Below are positions 16,163-20,276 of a stretch of DNA of 20,276 bases, piece after piece. The stretch lies in the UHGV virus genome UHGV-1757948. One strand, given 5' to 3'. The stretch comes from a virus. Numbering within the stretch: the stretch's first letter is position 1; every line of letters starts with the position of its first letter. The notes below the pieces were generated by a model that saw nothing but the letters and a program-made list of their open reading frames with translations, was not told the DNA's origin and did no database searches. The translations under genes were made by a program, and so were the position numbers.

Positions 16163-16368
16163 TTGCCGTATGTTTTTGTTTTCTTGGGTTTGTAACTATC
16201 GGTTTCTTCGTCCCACTCCACGCAGTCGGGGCAGTAGAGTTTGCCGTCGATTTCTTCCCAATCGCACATCTTCGCCATATACCTTGCCATACCTTCACTA
16301 AATTCATAGCCATGCTTACTTCCGCACCCGTCGCACACGGCTTGGTACATCGTCACTTTCTGTTTCAT
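16159..16368 (-). CDS. Small zinc-ribbon protein (69 aa)
   Basis: CDGC ... CPDC pairs; stop overlaps the radical-SAM start (ATGA at 16159-16162). Confidence 0.5.
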   Translation of the reverse strand: MKQKVTMYQAVCDGCGSKHGYEFSEGMARYMAKMCDWEEIDGKLYCPDCVEWDEETDSYKPKKTKTYGK

Positions 16369-16370
16369 AA

Positions 16371-16652
16371 TCAGTAATATCTTATTACATCTTGATTCAT
16401 TAAAGCTTTCATAAAAGACTCCTTTTCTTCATCTGTGGCTTTCCTTACATTCGCACCCCAACAGAAGTTTCCCCATCCCGTACTTTTCTTGATTATACCG
16501 TCATTCCATCCAATCAAAATGCCGTATCCGTCACCATCTACATATCCGTTATGGATGAATACCCTTTGATTTTCGGGGTGGTATTTCGCAGATTCTTCAT
16601 TTGTTGGAATTCCATATAGGAACTCACCCACGTTATATTCACTTCTTTTCAT
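16371..16652 (-). CDS. Hypothetical protein (93 aa)
   Basis: ORF in the tightly packed operon; no recognisable motif. Confidence 0.45.
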   Translation of the reverse strand: MKRSEYNVGEFLYGIPTNEESAKYHPENQRVFIHNGYVDGDGYGILIGWNDGIIKKSTGWGNFCWGANVRKATDEEKESFMKALMNQDVIRYY

Positions 16653-16855
16653 ATCTTTACATATTGGCTACACGCCTGTTGGTTGCACTTAACTTTCTGT
16701 AAACAATTGAACGTGCGGTTACTCTTGCGCACACGGCAGTAGGATATTACTTTGCTTCCACATTCCCACCGCTGGCGGTGAATACAAGTGCGGCACGTTT
16801 CTAAGGTTGATTCTTGCGGCTGAATGGTGTCAGCATTGCTAAATAAATCACTCAT
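16649..16855 (-). CDS. Small Cys-rich protein (68 aa)
   Basis: Seven cysteines including CRTC and a CxxxxC spacing; 4-nt overlaps with both neighbours. Confidence 0.45.
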   Translation of the reverse strand: MSDLFSNADTIQPQESTLETCRTCIHRQRWECGSKVISYCRVRKSNRTFNCLQKVKCNQQACSQYVKI

Positions 16856-17673
16856 AGCAGATCCTTTGCTTCTTCAATCAGGTCACCAAATGTGTCTAAG
16901 AACTGGTCGCGGACTTCGGGGGTGGGGAAAGCCAATATCCGGCTCACCGTCCAATAAGAGTTCTTTTCTTTCTTATTTGCTTTGTAACTAATGCAATATT
17001 TCATTTTATCATCCGTCCAATACGGCTTCCACCCCAATTGCTTCCACCAGGCGTTGCGGCAGACGAGAAGCTGGCAGAGGGCGAGCATGGGCTTGCCGAG
17101 ACCTTGCGGCAACATGTTTCTGTCGCTATCACCAAACAGACGTCCGTCATCGGACAATTCGCTTATACTGCATTTATAAACTTCGCTATCTTCTTCTATC
17201 AATTCCACGTCATTGATGCTACACAGGCATTTCAGCCACGTCTTGGGCAACCCTTTCTTCTTCTCTTTCAGCACGATGTTGCCTCGTTCGTCCAGGTGGT
17301 CGAACTCCCAGCCGTCGGGGACTGTAATTGTCTTTTCGTTTGTTTCCATATCTTCTTTGTTTTGTTGTTTAACTTCGATGTCTACGGTGTTGTTGACTGC
17401 GTTGTAGTATGCGAACGGTTCTTTGGACAGGACAACAGGGAATTTCACTCCTGCATACCGCTGCACAATGTGGTCGTAAAGAGGGTAAGGGTCGCCGACG
17501 GGTTCGAGCTTCTTGCATTTCGCTTTCACCCAACAATCTCTATTTCCATAGAAACTTGCACAATTTAAATCTTTAAATGATGCACAATCTTTGCAATAAT
17601 CATACATATCATCTTTCACGCACTGGTACCACTCTCCGTTGTGCTCAAATATCTCTCCTATCTTCCGTTCCAT
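16852..17673 (-). CDS. Hypothetical protein (273 aa) with a Cys-rich N-terminus
   Basis: Long ORF; N-terminal CxxC-type cluster (YDYCKDCASFKDLNCASFYGNRDC). Confidence 0.55.
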   Translation of the reverse strand: MERKIGEIFEHNGEWYQCVKDDMYDYCKDCASFKDLNCASFYGNRDCWVKAKCKKLEPVGDPYPLYDHIVQRYAGVKFPVVLSKEPFAYYNAVNNTVDIEVKQQNKEDMETNEKTITVPDGWEFDHLDERGNIVLKEKKKGLPKTWLKCLCSINDVELIEEDSEVYKCSISELSDDGRLFGDSDRNMLPQGLGKPMLALCQLLVCRNAWWKQLGWKPYWTDDKMKYCISYKANKKEKNSYWTVSRILAFPTPEVRDQFLDTFGDLIEEAKDLL

Positions 17674-17675
17674 AG

Positions 17676-18230
17676 CTATTCTTGTTCTTGTTCGTTGTTT
17701 TCTTGCTTGTCATCTTCCTCTTCCTCATTGTCGGACATGAAGTAGGCCACGTCGTCAAAGGGGATGTTCTTGCGCTCCTTTTCGATTTTCACCGCCAAAA
17801 CATTTTTGAGGATGAAGTCTTTGAGGTCGGTGTAGTCGGAGGGGATGTAGCCGTTTTCCAAAATACGGATGTAAGCGTCGTCAATGTACTTGTCGATGTC
17901 GATGCGCGGGTGTTCCTCGGCAAGCTCTTTCTTGGCTCGGATAAGGCCGAGCAGGAGGGCATTCTTCTTTGCGCGGTAAGCCTTGTTCTTGGATATGTAG
18001 CGTATGTCTGCTATCTCGCGGTGCGACTCGATGGCGCACTCTATCCTCGCCTCGGATATGGCGCATTTGACACCGCTCTTCTTTTGGAGGTAATAGTGCC
18101 AAATTCCCCTGTCCTTATGCAGGCTTCGGGTGAGCAGCCTCGCACAGGCTATCCGTCCGTTGTGGAAGCGGACGAACAGGTGGTGAGGAAAGTCGCTGTC
18201 CGTGAAGACTTGTGCCTTTAATTGTTTCAT
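17676..18230 (-). CDS. Hypothetical protein (184 aa) with a strongly acidic C-terminal tail
   Basis: Basic N-terminal and central region, C-terminus DNEEEEDDKQENNEQEQE; function unknown. Confidence 0.5.
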   Translation of the reverse strand: MKQLKAQVFTDSDFPHHLFVRFHNGRIACARLLTRSLHKDRGIWHYYLQKKSGVKCAISEARIECAIESHREIADIRYISKNKAYRAKKNALLLGLIRAKKELAEEHPRIDIDKYIDDAYIRILENGYIPSDYTDLKDFILKNVLAVKIEKERKNIPFDDVAYFMSDNEEEEDDKQENNEQEQE

Positions 18231-18232
18231 AG

Positions 18233-18664
18233 CTATTCTGCCTTTGAGTTTTTGAAAATGTCACGTATCTGCCCGGCTACCTTTTCGGCTGCCTCACGGG
18301 TGCGGAAGTAGTTGCCTACGTCATGCAACACCATGTCAGACCGTTCTCCATAGTCCTTATATTGGAGGGTTGTAAAGTCATTGTTCACAATGTAATACAG
18401 ACCACCTTTCTCCGCCCTCCACCTCGGCAAGTCCTCGATGCACTTCTTCTCGGCGTTCCACCGCTTGCCCTGTTTGGCGAGAGCGTCGAAGAGGCGTCGC
18501 TTCTCTGCTTCGGTGGCGGGGTGGTAATAGTCGGTATACCCCCAACCTTCCTCACTGAAAACCGTTTGAAGACGTTGCCCGTGAAGTGCTGCGTAAGTCA
18601 TAATGCCTCCAATCTTATTAGTCCCGGCATAGATGGCGATTGTATCCATACCGTTAAATTTCAC
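18233..18664 (-). CDS. Hypothetical protein (143 aa)
   Basis: Track start is GTG at 18664; an ATG at 18649 (MDTIAIY...) is an alternative start. Confidence 0.5.
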   Translation of the reverse strand: MKFNGMDTIAIYAGTNKIGGIMTYAALHGQRLQTVFSEEGWGYTDYYHPATEAEKRRLFDALAKQGKRWNAEKKCIEDLPRWRAEKGGLYYIVNNDFTTLQYKDYGERSDMVLHDVGNYFRTREAAEKVAGQIRDIFKNSKAE

Positions 18665-18788
18665 CGTCTTTCGGCATGTAGCTCTTTACCAATCCAACGG
18701 TGACATTGAGTGTACCGTTGTCAACTTTAGCGTCAATTGTTCCCACTCTCGCGCCTTTCGGCAGCGTAATCCTGTATGTCTTTTTCAT
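18654..18788 (-). CDS. Micro-protein (44 aa)
   Basis: Hand translation MKKTYRITLPKGARVGTIDAKVDNGTLNVTVGLVKSYMPKDGEI; fills the gap upstream of the 18233 gene. Confidence 0.25.
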   Translation of the reverse strand: MKKTYRITLPKGARVGTIDAKVDNGTLNVTVGLVKSYMPKDGEI

Positions 18789-18815
18789 TTTCACTATTCT
18801 TTTAATTTACATTAA

Positions 18816-18953
18816 CTAACTATCCCTACCCCACTTCCACGCGGATATAAGGGCTCGGTAGACCATCTGCTTCTCATCCCTGTCGCAGAAGTCGAACGAT
18901 GCCGCCAGCTTAACGAGCCACAAGGAAGACGATGGGTGTGCTGTCTGTGTCAT
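18816..18953 (-). CDS. Micro-protein (45 aa) with a Shine-Dalgarno-like site
   Basis: Hand translation MTQTAHPSSSLWLVKLAASFDFCDRDEKQMVYRALISAWKWGRDS; GGGAGGA 8 nt upstream of the ATG, 5 nt after the stop of the repeat-protein gene. Confidence 0.3.
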   Translation of the reverse strand: MTQTAHPSSSLWLVKLAASFDFCDRDEKQMVYRALISAWKWGRDS

Positions 18954-18958
18954 GTCAA

Positions 18959-19675
18959 TCAGTCCTCCCTCACTTCTATAGGCTCACCGTCAACTAACTT
19001 ATACCAAGTGTCGGACTTTATTGTCTCTCCGTCTACCTTGAATGCCTTGACATCCTTTATAGGATACGTTTCTCCGTTCCAACTGTCACGTTCCGTAAGG
19101 ACTATCCAGCAGCCGAGAGCACCTTTCGCCTTGCTGCCCTTGCCTGTCACTATGGCAACAGAATCCTTACCATCAACACTTGCGGCGGAGCAGTCGCCCG
19201 TGTTGGTGGCGGCTGACCTGTAGCCCGTGTTGGTAGCAGCGGAGCAGTCGCCCGTGTTGGTGGCGGCGGAGCAGTTGCCCGTGTTGGTGGCGGCTGACCA
19301 GTCGCCCGTGTTCGATTGTTTATTATCATCCCATTTTACATGGTCCATGATGAACTTGACTCCTGCTTTAATCAGTCCCTGTAAGCCTATTTCGGCTTTG
19401 ATTTTCAAATGGGTACAACATATTTTATCAGGTTTAGACTTGTCAAAATCACCGCTGCCTTCAACTTCACAAAACCTGTTCGGTGTTCCCGTTTCGTCGC
19501 ACGGAGCGTAAAAGCCCAGCACATCCATAGGGCATTCGCAATAATGGAAACCGGTATTGCAGGCGACCGCCTTGTCTGTTGAATACTCCTTGCCGACTTC
19601 GTACTGGAAGCCGCGGCACTTCAGGTCTTTGTCAAAACCTTTATAGCCATGAATCGTTTCTGTCTCTTTTTTCAT
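18959..19675 (-). CDS. Hypothetical Cys-rich protein containing five tandem 9-aa repeats (SAATNTGxx)
   Basis: 238-aa ORF. The N-terminal domain carries many Cys and His (CRGF, CNTGFHYCECP, CDETG, CCTH). Central run WSAATNTGNCSAATNTGDCSAATNTGYRSAATNTGDCSAA is encoded by 27-bp tandem repeats. Confidence 0.6.
   Translation of the reverse strand: MKKETETIHGYKGFDKDLKCRGFQYEVGKEYSTDKAVACNTGFHYCECPMDVLGFYAPCDETGTPNRFCEVEGSGDFDKSKPDKICCTHLKIKAEIGLQGLIKAGVKFIMDHVKWDDNKQSNTGDWSAATNTGNCSAATNTGDCSAATNTGYRSAATNTGDCSAASVDGKDSVAIVTGKGSKAKGALGCWIVLTERDSWNGETYPIKDVKAFKVDGETIKSDTWYKLVDGEPIEVRED
19183..19317 (-). repeat. Five tandem copies of a 27-bp unit inside the 18959-19675 gene
   Basis: Anchor CCCGTGTTGGT (plus strand) recurs at 19197, 19224, 19251, 19278 and 19305, exactly 27 bp apart, with small substitutions between copies; in frame. 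Confidence 0.85.
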
Positions 19676-19687
19676 AGTTTTGAATTT

Positions 19688-19870
19688 TCATTTGTTACGC
19701 AACTGTATGAAGCCGTCGGCTTCGTATTTTTTCAGTTCGGCAAGTCCGTCATCCGTAACGGTGACGATATTCTCTCCGTTTACCGTCATGCCTTCTACGA
19801 TGCCGAACCGCTGCCGGATATTGTCTATGATGCGGGCGTTCTCCGTCACCCAGTAGATTGTAATTCTCAT
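19688..19870 (-). CDS. Small hypothetical protein (60 aa)
   Basis: Start taken at the internal ATG 19870 (MRITIYWV...), which is preceded by CAGGAG; the longer track ORF (to 19978) would overlap the upstream gene by 20 nt. Confidence 0.4.
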   Translation of the reverse strand: MRITIYWVTENARIIDNIRQRFGIVEGMTVNGENIVTVTDDGLAELKKYEADGFIQLRNK

Positions 19871-19958
19871 ATTGACTCCTGTTCTTCGTTTTCTACTTGC
19901 GCTATCGCGCGGAATATCTCGTAAACAACCTGTGGCACCATTGCGTTGCCCAACGCCT

Positions 19959-20276
19959 TTATGGATTCTGCCCGCCATCGAGGAAAGGTGATACCAGCCA
20001 GTCTGCCGGGAAACCCATCATCTCCTGTACAAACAAGGGATTGAGTCGGGAAGTCGCGCCATCGGCTTGCGGGCAGTTCTTCATAATTTCCGCCACAAGC
20101 CCGTGCCTGTTCTTCTGTGACGGTGGGAATGTGGAGTTTTTCCCGTTGGTCGCCTCCGGTGTCGGAAGCAGTCCGTGGAAATCCATGTAATCCATCAGAC
20201 CGTTCGGTCTTGTCTCCCCGTTCGCCCTGCTGTGGAACGTGTCGCCGCCCGCCGCCTTCAAATCCTTTACCCTCCC
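19959..20276 (-). CDS. C-terminal part of a larger protein, possibly DNA-methyltransferase-like (partial, runs off the window)
   Basis: The frame stays open from 20261 to the window edge, and the track start is only TTG. Motifs LLPTPEATNGKN and NPLFVQEMMGFPADW resemble C-terminal motifs I recall from phage DNA methyltransferase-like proteins. Identification is from memory only. Confidence 0.35.
   Translation of the reverse strand, partial: GRVKDLKAAGGDTFHSRANGETRPNGLMDYMDFHGLLPTPEATNGKNSTFPPSQKNRHGLVAEIMKNCPQADGATSRLNPLFVQEMMGFPADWLVSPFLDGGQNP

Larger units (their letters stand above)
1..20276. mobile_element. Segment of a tailed-phage / prophage genome (late tail-lysis module on + strand, early/accessory block on - strand)
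   Basis: Gene content (tail fibre proteins, holin-like proteins, Amidase_3 endolysin, YopX, MazG-like, many small tightly packed ORFs), convergent operon architecture, frequent ATGA stop/start overlaps. No integrase or att sites visible, so integrated versus free state cannot be decided. Confidence 0.75.

Noticed and set aside
17038-18221. Plus-strand ORFs 17038-17568 and 17682-18221 (176 and 179 aa)
   Set aside because: Antisense to the tightly coupled minus-strand operon; hydrophobic, Val/Phe-rich translations typical of the reverse strand of Lys/Glu-rich genes.
19183-19317. CRISPR array
   Set aside because: The repeats are 27 bp, directly abutting with no spacers, in frame inside a coding sequence; not a CRISPR repeat-spacer structure.
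1-20276. Integrase, attachment sites, tRNA or rRNA genes
   Set aside because: No tyrosine or serine recombinase motifs were seen in any long ORF, and the short intergenic regions are too small and unstructured for tRNA cloverleaves; integrated versus free phage state is left open.

Overview
The window reads as a segment of a tailed-phage or prophage genome with two convergent gene blocks; no rRNA, tRNA, CRISPR array or integrase was recognised. The plus strand (86-11002) carries a late module: a 1230-aa tail fibre/host-specificity protein, a mosaic tail-fibre cassette, a lysis cassette ending in an Amidase_3-type endolysin, and an AT-rich accessory insert encoding an unknown protein plus an XRE-HTH/M78-peptidase fusion. 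The minus strand (20276 down to 11005) is a tightly packed block of mostly small genes, many joined by ATGA stop/start overlaps. It includes a MazG-like NTP pyrophosphohydrolase, YopX, several Cys-rich zinc-ribbon-like proteins and a protein with five tandem 27-bp repeats. The most notable element is an AT-rich gene for an N-terminally truncated RlmN/Cfr-family radical-SAM methyl synthase with all catalytic cysteines intact. It is translationally coupled, via two micro-ORFs, to a PP-loop ATPase of the PAPS-reductase/DndC type, making this a candidate phage nucleic-acid modification module of undescribed function. All calls rest on motif recognition by eye; no database search or computation was run.
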